Source: Carcharhinus longimanus
Lineage: Eukaryota
Assembly: GCA_030264375.1 (NCBI GenBank)
Contig: JASCQW010000001.1
Coordinates: forward strand, 109,839,224 to 109,903,223
Length of the DNA stretch: 64,000 nucleotides
Reading direction: 5' to 3'
Shown here: in pieces, positions 12,670 to 24,099 of the stretch
Numbering within the stretch: position 1 is the first letter of the stretch
Layout of the letters: every line of letters begins with the position of its first letter
The notes under the pieces: model-generated
Seen by the model: only the letters and a program-made list of their open reading frames with translations
The model's database searches: none
What the model was told of the DNA's origin: nothing
Position numbers and translations under genes: made by a program

Positions 12670-12856
12670 TTTGGTTACAAAACAGGCAAGAAATGTTTCA
12701 GAGTACTGTTCCTTCATCAGGTGAGATTCCAGCTGACAAAGGGGCAGCACTCCAAAAGCTCGTGGCTTTTGCTACCAAATAAACTTTTGGACTTTAACCT
12801 GGTGTTGAGACTTCTTACTGTGTTTACCCCAGTCCAACATTGGCACCTTCACATGA
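12670..12856. mobile_element. Penelope-like terminal repeat pair (inverted) with hammerhead motifs
   Basis: Minus strand 12695-12720 reads CTGATGA AGGAACAGTACTCT GAAAC. Plus strand from 12733 reads CTGACAA AGGGGCAGCACTCC AAAAG CTC GTGGC, followed by the same terminus as 18110-18206. Confidence 0.7.
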
Positions 12857-13317
12857 TAAACACCATGACAGGCAGAGCTCTGAAACAACCACCATAAGGT
12901 TCACAGTTAGAACACAGAAAAGGCCCTTCAGCCCATCGAGCTGATAATAGCTAGTGGGAATTTTTGTGTAACTACCTGGGCAACCTTACAACCTGAACAG
13001 GGGAAATTAGAGCTTTACCTTTCCATTCCAGAAACTGGTTCACAAACCATTCAAAATGCGGGAATTCGCTGCTCTTTAGTGAAGGGTAGAACCAGAGGCC
13101 TCTCAGATACCAAAAACAGTGGACACTGGGCCCGTTATTGCTCAGAACCCGTTGCTGGGGAGGGGGTTAGGATAGCCCCATCGGGCCGACAGGCCGCCCT
13201 CCAAACAGGGACAAACAGGAGCTGCTGAATGACGGGGCGGAGGAGAATGGGCCTCAGGCCCGACGCCCTGCTCACCATGGGCCCTAGTAAAGGGCACGGC
13301 CGCTCTCCCTCTCTTAC

Positions 13318-13383
13318 CTGCTGGGCTAAGAGCTCCCGGCGCAGCTTCTGCCGCTCTCTGATTTCCTGTAAACGGCTATCCAT
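13318..13383 (-). CDS. METTL14: METTL14 coding exon 1
   Basis: ATG at 13383-13381; translates MDSRLQEIRERQKLRRELLAQQ (METTL14 N-terminus). Followed by the donor CAG|GTAAGA at 13317. Intron 1 spans 85-13317 (about 13.2 kb including a gap). Confidence 0.96.
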
Positions 13384-13570
13384 CCTCAACCGTCTCTGCC
13401 GCCGGAACTGACCCTTCACCCCCGCGCGCACAACGCGCTGCCTCACTTCCGGCCAAGCGGGAGGCGCGGCTGAAAGGGCGGGGCCAATGCTGATGACATT
13501 GTAAGGGGCGGGGAATTGGGCGAGGGCGGGGAGGGGCGGGGCAAGTGGAGATGACACTGAATAGGGCGGG
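13384..13570 (-). promoter_or_regulatory. METTL14: METTL14 5'UTR and CpG-island, TATA-less promoter
   Basis: CpG-rich from about 13180 to 13570. ETS site ACTTCCGG at 13445-13452, CCAAT at 13484-13488, and five GGGCGG boxes (about 13476, 13506, 13524, 13534, 13564). Runs into the N gap at 13571-13624. Confidence 0.8.
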
Positions 13571-13727
13571 NNNNNNNNNNNNNNNNNNNNNNNNNNNNNN
13601 NNNNNNNNNNNNNNNNNNNNNNNNNCTTCACTCTTGTGTGTTTGTTGATGGAATCGTCTCTCCCCAGTGTGAACTCTCATCTGTGTGGATCTTCACTGGA
13701 AAGTAGCTGCAGGCATCCTAACGGAAT

Positions 13728-13864
13728 GAAAGTAAAATACTGCGGATTCACGAATCTGAAACAAAACAGAAAATGCTGGAAAATCTCAGCAGGTCTGACA
13801 GCATCTGTGGAGACAGAATAGAGCCAACGTTTCAAGTCTGGATGCCCCTTCGTCAGAGCTCTGA
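13728..13864 (-). mobile_element. Penelope-like terminal-repeat fragment
   Basis: aaacagaaaatgctggaaaatctcagcaggtctgacagcatctgtggag family; ends in the palindrome TCAGAGCTCTGA. Confidence 0.7.
13820..13862 (-). ncRNA. Putative minimal type-I hammerhead ribozyme motif
   Basis: Minus strand: AGAGCT CTGACGA AGG-GGCATCCAGA-CTT GAAAC GTT GGCTCT. It has a 6-bp helix I, a CUGANGA/GAAA core, and the palindrome AACGTT in place of helix III. Confidence 0.55.
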
Positions 13865-14774
13865 TTATGAGTGAAACTCAGTTTTGCTCCCCTCAACTGG
13901 AAATTGACAATTTCAATAGCACAATTTTGAAAATGTAGCTGGGCCCAGAGAACTTGATTTTCACATTCACAAATCATTAAATGGGTAGGGAAAGTTGTTA
14001 AGGTGGCTATAACTATATTTAGGTTTACAACTGAAAGCTCTTTTGCTTCAGGAACCATGCTGTAATATAGGGTGCTGTTCACCATGGACCTTCACGTTAA
14101 TCTTGGTCTAGAGGTGTATGTTGTCTTCCTTGATGATACATTCATCCAGTTGGCAAAGCTCCTTAGAAAGATCACTCTTTGCCTACTCCAATCTTTTACC
14201 ATCAATCTTTCCCATCAGCATCAAACTTACTGTGCTGTAATTTCTTACGATTCCATTACCACATTGCATTTAAGAGACTTGCTTTAGCACATACCACTGT
14301 GCATAATTTTATCTACCTTATATCTCAAATAAGTCAGGATTCATTCTATGAATTCTTAAATAGGTCCCAGTGCAACATAAATGTTAGGAGTAAGGCAACA
14401 GGAGAATCAAGAGTTTGGATAATAATGTGAGGGGTATGCATAATGTGAGATGCCCTCTAGCTGTCTTTCATCCACTCTGTAAGTGAATAACTGCCATCAT
14501 GAAGATGCTGCTGATGGGAGTAAAGGATAGAATGCATGGGCTGTCAGTCTACATTTTCAATATATGCAGCAATGAATCACAAATCTGAATAAAAATATAT
14601 TTGTATTATTCTATGTTTTGACAAAAGATGCACTGACTCACAAGAAACTAGATCCACGGGAACAACATGATATCAGTCAAATGACTACCACAAACCAATG
14701 ATGTGAGAATCGTAATAAAAGAAAGTAGCTATGTTTGCTCTTGGGTTCACTCTGGATACAATTTCCTAACTATT

Positions 14775-15020
14775 AAGAACATAAGAACTCAGAGCAGGAG
14801 TAGGCCATTTGGCCCCTCAAGCCTGCTCTGCCATTCAATAAGATCATGGCTGATCTTTTTGTGGACTCAGCTCCAATTACCCACCCGCTCACCATAACCC
14901 TTAATCCCTTTACTGTTCAAAATTCTATCTATCCTTGCCTTAAAAACAGGTAGCCTCAACTACTTCACTGGATAGGGAATTCTACAGATTCACAACCCTT
15001 TGTGTGAAGAAGTTCCTCCT
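14775..15020 (-). mobile_element. CR1 3' end
   Basis: aagaacataagaact...gcaggagtaggccatttggcccctcaagcctgctctgccattcaataagatcatggctgatc. Confidence 0.8.
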
Positions 15021-15168
15021 AAGCCACTAGGTTCAAGAGCAACTAGGGATGGGCAATAAATGCTGGCCNNNNNNNNNNNNNNNNNNNNNNNNNNNNNNNN
15101 NNNNNNNNNNNNNNNNNNNNNNNNNNNNNNNNNNNNNNNNNNNNNNNNNNNNNNNNNNNNNNNNNNNN

Positions 15169-15585
15169 ATTGAACAGTTTAAGCCGATACTCTCTGGAAT
15201 TTAGAAGAATGAGGGGAGATCAAATTGAGGTATATAAGATGATAAGAGGTATGGATAAGGTAATGTGGAGTAGATGCTTTCTCTTGTGGAGCATTCTAGG
15301 ATAAGAGGTCATAGTCTTAGGGGGTAGCAAATTTAAAACAAGGTTGAGGAGAAACTACTTCTCCCAAAGGGTGGTGATACTGCGAAATTCCCTACCCAAA
15401 GTGCGATGGATGCTGGGGCAGTGAGTAAATTTAAGGAGGAGTTAGACAGATTTTCAATTGGTAATGGGTTGAAGGGTTATGGGGAAACGGCAGGAAAATG
15501 GGGATTAGGAGCATATTAGCCATGATCGAATGGTGGAGTAGACCCGATGGGCCGAATGGCCTAATTCTGTTCTTATATCTTATGA
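15169..15585 (+). mobile_element. CR1 3' end
   Basis: tttagaagaatgaggggagatcaaattgaggtatataag, actacttctcccaaagggtggtg, and a tail ending tcttatatcttatg. Confidence 0.85.
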
Positions 15586-16042
15586 ACTTACGAGTGAAAG
15601 GAGCGTTTTGCCGGGGTGTACAGTTGGTAATCACAGACAGCTGCAGAAATCTTTGGCTTGTATCTACACAGCCGCAGATTACGATATGGTTTTCATGATT
15701 TCCATTCACTTAGCAACACATTAATTCACTGGATTCCATTAACTTTCCAATACAAAATATAATTAATTGGCCGGTGTATTCACTCTGCGACACAATACAA
15801 TTCTGTGGATCCCACTGACTTGCCCACCTTGATATAATGAATCAGCTGGATTGAATCAGCACAGTCACCTAGGATGAAATGACTGAGTTTGATTCCAGTC
15901 AGTTAACCACACATGTAATTCAATCAGCTGGACTCAAGTTACCTGAAAAGTTATGAGAGGCAGCATGAAGAACCCCTGGGGCTGATGTTTGAAATTGGAA
16001 AGGGAGAGACAAAGAGACTAATGGGAGCAAAGCAGCAGTTAG

Positions 16043-16356
16043 TCACATGGATTCCTACAATTCAGAAAGAGGCCATTCGGCCCATCGAGTCTGCACCAAC
16101 CACAATTCCACCCAGGCCCTGTCCCCATACCCCCGTGCATTTACCTTAGCCAGTGACCCTGACACTAAGGGGAAATTTAGAATGGTCAATCTACCTAACC
16201 CACATTTTTGGACTGTGGGAGGAAACCGGAGCACCAGGAGAAAACCCACGCAGACACAGGGATAATGTGCAAACTCACACAGACAGTGACTCAAGTCGGG
16301 AATCGATCCCAGGTCCCTGGCTCTGTGAGGCAGCAGTGCTAACCACTGTGCTGCCC
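16043..16356 (-). mobile_element. HE1-type SINE (CR1-type tail)
   Basis: Full head-core-tail, same family as 5012-5324. Confidence 0.88.
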
Positions 16357-16610
16357 ATAGGATTTAATACACAGGAGGCCAGTGGAGAGCAGAAATGGAT
16401 TTGAAGATCTAAAGTTAAACTGGAGAGGAATAAATACATGAATAGCCAAAACTCTATATAATTAACAATCATTTTTCCCAAATTCCATCAACCTCTACAG
16501 CTGCCACTCCAGGCTAAAATAAACCTGTGAATTTTGATCAGTTCCTTGAAAGGGAGCAGAATTTCTGTGTCCACATTCATTCTGTTATTAATACCAAAAT
16601 GTATTTATTC

Positions 16611-16795
16611 AAAGTTTATTTATTTCATTGTGTCACAAGTAGGCTCACATTAACACTGCAATGAAGTTATTCTGAAAATCCCCTAGTCACCAAACTCCAG
16701 CACCTGTTTGGGTAGAATGAGAGCGAATTTAGCACAGCCAATGCACCTAATCAGCATATCTTTTAGACTGTGGGAGGAAACCAGAGCACCCAGAA
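16611..16795 (-). mobile_element. HE1-type SINE, Rex1-like-tail variant, 3' half
   Basis: tgtcacaagtaggctcacattaacactgcaatgaagtta matches the reverse complement of the 7640-7690 tail. Confidence 0.75.
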
Positions 16796-17430
16796 GAGTT
16801 CCACTGTCATCTTCCACAATTCCTCACCATCACCCAACCCCCCTCTCTCCCTGACATCCCAATCCATTCTATATCATCCCTTAGGCAGCCTCTCTATTTC
16901 CTCCCTCAGAATTCCACTGCCTAAGCTCTTATTGGCTTGGATTTGTATGGATCTATTACCATAACTCGCTCAGTGTAACTCGAAGAATCAAGCAGCAACC
17001 CACCCCCCGCCACCCTTTACCCAATCATTCTGCTTGACTTCCCCCTTCTTTCTTCCTTTCAAAGGGCTTCTGCCTTGAAGAGCAAATTTTGGCCTCCTCT
17101 CCTCCCTCCACACGTCTCTCAAACCTCACGTTACCGTTCTTTCATCCAGGTTTCATGTCCTTGGTCGGACTTTTCCGATGTAGGAGCACCGTGTACGTGC
17201 GAGGGCTATACATGAGAAGGTAGATAGGGAGCAGCTGTTCCCATTGGTGGAAGAGGTGTGAATAAAGAGGGCACCAATTCAATGTGATTGGTGTAAGAAT
17301 GAATGGTAACATGAGGAAAGGCTTTTTGGTACAGAGAGTGGTTAGGAACTGGAATGTACTGTCCGAGAGCACGGTGGAAGCAGGTTCAAACTGACTTTCA
17401 AAAGAGAATTGCAACATGATGTGAAGAGAT

Positions 17431-18206
17431 AAACACAGTAAGAAATCTCACAACACCAGGTTAAAGTCCAACAGGTTTATTCGTAGCAAACGCCACTAGT
17501 TTTTGGAACGCTGTTCCTTTGTCAGGTGGGTGGGAGTTCTGATCACAAATTGGGCGTATAAAGACACAAACTCAATTTACATGAATAATGATTGGAATGT
17601 GAGTCTTTGCAGTTAATCAAGCAGACACTATGACAACGGATGAATGAACACCGCTCAACAATCACCAGGCAAGACTGTTCTCTTCCTGTTGGGGAACACT
17701 TCAGCGGTCATGGGCATTTGGCCTCTGATCTTCGGGTAAGCGTTCTCCAAGGTGGCCTTCATGACACACGACAGCGCAGAGTTGCTGAGCAGAGACTAAT
17801 AGCCCAGTTCCACACATGTGAGAACGGCCTCAACTGGGACCCTGGGTTCATGTCACACTATCTGTAACCCCCACTACTTGCCTGGACTTGCAAAATCTTA
17901 CTAACTTTCCTGTCTGGAAACAATAGACATCTCTTTAACCTGTGCTCAAAGCTCTCTCCACGCACATTGTCTGTACCTTATAAGAATTGATTCGCTGTAA
18001 AGACTCACATTCCAATCATCATGCATGTAAATTGAGTTTGTGTCTTTGTGCCCTGTTTGTGATCAGAACTCCCAGCCACCTGACAAAGGGACAGCCTGTT
18101 CCGAAAGCTTGCGGCATTTGCTACAAATAGACTTGTTGGACTTTAAGCTGGTGTTGTGGGATTTCTTTCTGTTTTACCCCAGTCCAACGCCAGCATCTCC
18201 ACATCA
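17431..18206 (+). mobile_element. Penelope-like (GIY-YIG) retroelement, 5'-truncated, with inverted terminal repeat
   Basis: 17431-17612 is the reverse complement of about 17995-18175. Between them lies a GIY-YIG C-terminus KQTL*QRMNEHRSTI...LPVGEHF...AEQRLIAQF...GLNWDPGF (17619-17867). Degenerate hammerhead at 18075-18115. Confidence 0.85.
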
Positions 18207-18945
18207 GATCTATTTTTCTGCAGTCCTTCCTTATTGCTGATAAATACTTTTGCTGAGCACTGTGAAAAATTGCTTTAGAAGTCCTCCACTGTTCCCCAAT
18301 TGTCCCACCATAATGTTTTTGCTCCCAGTCTACCTTAGCCAACTCCTCCCTCATCCCATTGTAGTCTCCTTTGTTTAAGAACAAGACACTGGTATTGAAT
18401 TTTACCTTCTCATGCCCCATCTGTATTTTAAAATCAACCAGTCTGTGAACACTTCTTCCAAGAGGATCGTTAACTATAAGATCATTAATTATTCCTGTTT
18501 CATTACACAGGACCAGATCTAGGATAGCTTGCTCCCTTGTACGTTCCATTACATGCTGTTCAAGGAAGCTATCGCAGATACATTGTATGAACTCCTCAAA
18601 GCTGTCTTGACCGACTTGGTGTGATCAATTGACATGTAGAATAAAATCCCCCATGATAATTGCTGTACTAGTTTTACATACATCAGTTATTTCTTTGTTT
18701 AGTCCTCACCCACCATTACGTTATTATTTGGTGGCCAATAGATTATGCCGATCAGTAACTTTATCTCCTTGCTATTTCTAATTTCCACCCAAATGGATTC
18801 AACCTTTTTTTTCCATAAAACTCATATCATCTCTCACTACTGCCCTGATGTCATTCCTAAATATCAGAGCTATACCACCTCCCTTGCCTTCCTGTCTGTC
18901 CCTCCAAACAGTCTGATACTCCTGGATATTTAACTCCCAGTCGTG
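18207..18945 (-). mobile_element. CR1 ORF2 endonuclease/linker fragment
   Basis: TREQAILDLVLCNETGIINDL...PLGRS...KGDYNGMREELAKVDWE. Confidence 0.85.
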
Positions 18946-19589
18946 ATAATGTTAATCTCAATTTTGCCTTGTTGTTTCCTGCAAGCTGTGACTACTACTA
19001 GTTGTCGCACTGCTGGGTTTTAACATGTCTGTTCTTAGTCACTGTTCTTTGCTTCACTCCAGTAACAATGAGCAAACATTGTACATAATGCACAATGACA
19101 TATGATTGGGAATGAGAAATATCACTTGCATCACTGAGAGATCCCTACCTAGTCAATCAACCTTTCCCATGTCTGGTTTGTCAGCGTAGCCCAGAGTTTG
19201 CATGCACGTTGAACACTAGACAGATCCAGAGAAAGTGAAGTCATGAGAATGCTGTTGTACAGTCATGGCACTGAGCTTTTAGCCATGCACAAGTGAAGCC
19301 CCTTTACTCCATCACTACCAAATGAAATTCTAAATCAAAGATTAAGATTTGTTTAAGGAAAGTTGAGAAAATTTCACACATATTAAAAGCAAACTTCCTC
19401 TATAACAAGCCAGTTGTTAACATGTACAGTTTGTTATTCCAAATATATCATGCAACACAATTAGTCCATGAATACCACAGAACATCAACCGAAACATATA
19501 GCTAAAAAATAAGTTAAATCACAATTCATTTTGTGTATCGAATGAAGAAAATACTTACATTCATTGTTGACATTGAAGATTAAAATACT

Positions 19590-19908
19590 GGCACAGTGGT
19601 TAACACTGCTGCCTCAGAGCAGCAGAGACCCAGGTTCAACTCTAGCCTTGAGTGACTGTCTATGTGGAGTTCGCATGTTCTCCCCATATCTGCATGGGTT
19701 TCCTCTGGGTGTTCCGGTTTCCTCCTACACTCCAAAGAAATGCAGGTTAGATTGATTGCCCAATCTAAATTGCCCCTTAGTGTCAGGGTGACTAGTAGGG
19801 TAAACACATGGGGCTACGGGAATTGGGCCTGGTTGGGATTGTTGCAGGTGCAGGCTTGATGGGTGGAATGGCCTCATTCTGCATTGCAGGGACTTGGTGA
19901 TTTTATAA
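19590..19908 (+). mobile_element. HE1-type SINE
   Basis: ggcacagtggttaacactgctgcctc head; ggcctcattctgcattgcaggga tail. Confidence 0.82.
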
Positions 19909-19914
19909 TTTCCA

Positions 19915-20200
19915 GAGGGGTCTTAACAGCATGCATGTGGAAATGATCGAGAAAGAATCAATAACTAGGGGATCACAGTTTAAAAACAAGAGGTCACTTA
20001 TTTAAGACAGAGGTGAGGAGAAAGTTTTTCTCAGAGGGTTGTGAGTTTTTGAATTCTCTTCCTCAAAAGGTAGTGGAAGCTGTATGAATATTTTTAAAGC
20101 AGAGGTTGATAGATTCTTGATAAAGAAGGGGGTAAAATGTTAATGGGGAAATTGGGAATGTGGAGTTGATGTTGCGATCAGATCAGCCATGATATTACTG
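19915..20200 (+). mobile_element. CR1 3' fragment
   Basis: atttaagacagaggtgaggagaaagtttttctcagagggttgtgag...gatcagccatgat. Confidence 0.75.
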
Positions 20201-21508
20201 AACATTCATTAAAAAAATGTATTTGCAGCATTATTTCATGTTTTCTTCCCAGAATTTTAGTCAAATTCTCCCATTGCGAATCATTGCTCTAACATGTTTT
20301 TTTAAATTGGTGGCCCAATGGATATATGTCTTAACTCCAAAGGATTTCTAAAGTGCTGGCTTGAGCGTTGAGAGTGTAATTTGTTTACAGTTAATTCACA
20401 CTGGAGACCAAGCAGTTTAGGAGTGCCAGAAAAATATGATTAGTTAGGCTGTTTATTGAGAATGGTAAACGGTTTTGTTAAATTGCTGTACAATGGAACT
20501 TGCTTAGCTAACCTCAGTTTCCTGTTAAAATGCAAATAGAGCAATATTTATGATTCTGTTATTCTTAGTGTGACTTTGTTTTGTGTTTTGACCCTTTGTA
20601 ACTTCAATAAATGCTCAGATCAGTCATGATCTCATTGAATGGTGGGGTAAACTCAATGGGCCAAATGCTCCTACATCTTATTGGTCTTATGGTCTTGTGC
20701 TTTGGCTAAAAGCCTTGCAGAGAGCTTTTCATCAGCATTNNNNNNNNNNNNNNNNNNNNNNNNNNNNNNNNNNNNNNNNNNNNNNNNNNNNNNNNNNNNN
20801 TCAGGTTTCAATATACAGCAATTCAACCTATCTTCATTGCTGATCACTAAACTTAAGAGAAACTTAAAATGTTGCTTTGTTTTCCAAAACTATAAATCAG
20901 AAATGGCAAAACATGCTGGTCCAGATGGCTGCCTCAGAAAAGTGGTTTACCCACTTACACCAACAAACAGTTTAGGTCTGCATATTTAGTACAACATTAA
21001 TTTAAAACTGAGACAAATAGAAATTGACCATGTCATGACTATTTATAGATTCTGCATGGTCTACTGTGTTTTGAATGCATGCACATTCAATGGTTGGATG
21101 GTGTCTGAGTAGATGGACTTGCACACATGCATTCACCTAATAATGACCGTCAATAGCATGCAAAGCAGGCAAGTTATAACGTCAATCAATGTACAACTCC
21201 GATTTAACTCTGTTGCTGCCATTTTCCGACATTGGGATCCAGATTAAACCCTGATCACAACATTAATGGCATGACAGACCCACTACCAGCACTAATTAAA
21301 AGTAATTTCTATTTCTAGTCTAGTTGCTGGATTAGTTTTTCTGGCTAGTGGTGGAATTGCATGAACTTCTGCAGTTTTATATGCTTGGCTGATGTTTGAA
21401 TAATATACTAAAATGATCTGATGCTGAAATTGATAAAGATTGTCAATTTAATGAATGAACACTGCGTTAGATGAGGCTTGGAGGGAAACTGATGATGGGC
21501 TTGCTCAT

Positions 21509-21706
21509 CTTGACAACTAATTTCAGATCATTAAATTTCTTCCTGCACAGCAACACACTTGGCATTGATCTCCACCATTACCTGTTCCCACTGGTTCCTG
21601 AGCATATGTTTGGAGGGCTTCCAGCATCACCTATGGATACAGGATGCTTTACCTTCTTTGAAACTCCTCAAGCAAGACTTCCAGTGCATTATTCTCCGGA
21701 AATGGT
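21509..21706 (-). pseudogene. Degenerate Myb/SANT (MSANTD-type) exon of a PIF/Harbinger transposon (element about 21050-21925)
   Basis: With frameshifts it reads NALEVLLEEFQRR*-SILYP*-WKPSKHMLRNQWEQVMVEINAKCVA-CRKKFNDLKLVVK, the tri-helix W..V...IN.....CRKKFNDL pattern. Confidence 0.7.
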
Positions 21707-21988
21707 GATGTACACTTCTTGTATGTTCAGTTTTTCCTCAAAGCATCAAAGCTAGCCACTCACAGTATTCCACCCTCTGTTGATGTGTGAAGCTGATGGC
21801 TATCATGGGTAGCAGTGGCTAAAAGCAGCTCTCATGTAACACAAGAAACAGCACCAATTTAACATACTGGCTGCAATACAACGAGTGAGCACCATGTACT
21901 ATGATGTCGAGGCCCATATTTAGGGTTTAATGACTTTTTCCACTGTATACTCTCCCTTCCCCCAGACTAATGCACAGCACAGTACAAT

Positions 21989-22480
21989 GGAGAAGTGATG
22001 GCCAGTGGCATTATCACTAGAAACTCAACTAATATTCTGGGGACTTGTGTTTGAATTCTGCCACAGCAGATGGTGGAATTTGAATTCAATAAGAAGATCT
22101 GGAATTAAGAATCTACTGATGACCATGAAACTATCGTCAATCATCAGAAAAACCCATCTGGTTCACTAATGTCCTTTAGGGAAGGAAATCTGTCANNNNN
22201 NNNNNNNNNNNNNNNNNNNNNNNNNNNNNNNNNNNNNNNNNNNNNNNNNNNNNNNNNNNNNNNNNNNNNNNNNNNNNNNNNNNNNNNNNNNNNNNAAAAA
22301 CCCATCTGGTTCACTAATGTCCTTTAGGGAAGGAAATCTGTCATTCTTACCTGGTCTGGCCTACATGTGACTTCAGAGCCACAACAATGTGGTTGACTCT
22401 TAGCTGCCCAAGGACAACTAAAGATAGGTAATAAATGTTGGCTAGCCAGTGATGCCATGTTCTATGAATGAATAAAAAGA
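21989..22480 (+). mobile_element. Second tRNA-derived SINE family (spans a gap with duplicated overlap)
   Basis: gcagatggtggaatttgaattcaata...aaaacccatctggttcactaatgtcctttagggaaggaaatctg...aataaatgttggctagccagtgatgcc. Confidence 0.8.
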
Positions 22481-23821
22481 AAAGTTGAAAAATGCAGACG
22501 CTTTTCTGAACTTTTATTCCACTTATTGAAACTAAACTATGACACAGCTGTTTGTGAGTTATTTTGAACTGTATCATTAAGTGTGGAATAAACATGTGAT
22601 CAAAGTTGCCTGTTGTAAATATGTTGTTTATGCCATTTGGAACACTAAATATTTCACATTCTGTCAGAATCTAATTTGGCCTGTACTTAATATCAGACCT
22701 TGGCCTGAGATCCAATCCAATTCAACTCTGATACATCAATGCCAAACAGGCATGTGGGCTGCATTGTGAATCCTGCACTCTTGTAAAAATAGCAGCTTGT
22801 CTATTCCCAATGTCCCCTAGCTGGCTCATAGCCTGAAGCAGTGGTTTCATTAACTTGGCTGCTAAAGAATAGAGATTTTTTTTAAAAAAAACATGCGCAT
22901 GTAACACTTACACCAGTGCTTTCTAAATATTTTTCCATTGTGGCCCCATTTTAATGCCTCGGACTTAGTGTGATCCCAGAGTGAAAATTTAGGGGTCAGT
23001 GCTGGGGAGTGCGGGAAAGGGGGTGTGGGGAGTCATTGAGCAGGGCAAGGGGAGTGATTTCATTGTTGAGAGGCTGTGAGGGGGAAGCTTCAGTTGTTTT
23101 GCCAATTCTGTTTTAGCCTGGAGGGTCACCAGCAGTCACTACTGAGCAAATCATTTTCTCAGTGCACTTAAATAATTTATCTCCTAATTTTATCTTTGGC
23201 TTTGGAAATGATAAACTTTTCACTCTGTTTAAATACATGGGTGCAGCTTGGTTTAAAGCATGGTCTTATTCTGGATAATCACTGGTACAGAAGTAAACAA
23301 TATAAGCATTTACCCACAGTACCAATGGACAAATGTTTGACTTTGTTCTTTCTCTTTAAGTTGAGAGATTTAAGCACAGACATATGTTCTATGACAGTTT
23401 TGTTAAACTGTGGCAGGACTCTGTCTTTGTAGTCAGAACAGAGGATTTTCTCAGCATTTGCAAATGCCTATGCTCAAAATGATTTATAACATCCTTGGGG
23501 GTAAAATTGGGCTCAGTAGTGCCTATTGTTTGGGTGCTACAAGATCCATTAAACTTCCAAAATGGCATCCACAGCATGTGTAATGTGTTCATTGTGACAT
23601 TAGTAAAGGGATTGATGTGCATGTGCCCAACATCTGTCGAGCAAGCAGATCAAGACTCCAATCAGCGTGGAATGATAATTTACCACCAGAGCTGCCATTT
23701 TGGAGCACCATATCTTTCTGTTCACCTCACACTGCTGAACATGTACTCAACAGCATGAAGGAGCACCAACCAGCACAATTTAAGGGAATCATTATCTTAC
23801 AGGTATGGTTGCTGGATTCGT

Positions 23822-24099
23822 AAAGTATATTTATTAGTCACAAGTAAGGCTTGCATTAACACTGCAGTGAAGTTATTGTGAAATTCCCTACGTCGCCACA
23901 CTTCGGTACCTGTTCTGGTCAACTCCCCCAACTAACACGTCTTTCAGACTGTGGGAGGAAATTGGAGCATTCAGAGGAAACCTACACAGCCACGGGGAGA
24001 ACTTGAAATCTCCATACAGACAGTGACCCAAGCCAGAATCGAACCCAGATCCCTGGCACTGTGAGGCAGCACTACTAACCACTGTGCCACCGTGCCGCC
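23822..24099 (-). mobile_element. HE1-type SINE, Rex1-like-tail variant
   Basis: Full copy: tail ttattagtcacaagtaaggcttgcattaacactgcagtgaag, head ...actaaccactgtgccaccgtgccgcc. Confidence 0.85.

Noticed and set aside
13135-13680. 181-aa ORF containing the METTL14 start and an HTGE zinc-finger-linker-like N-terminus
   Set aside because: Only 13318-13383 is coding; the rest is promoter, gap and intron read-through. No C2H2 pattern accompanies HTGE.
22150-22345. Direct repeat flanking a 100-N gap
   Set aside because: Identical overlap on both sides of a placeholder gap; a scaffolding artefact.
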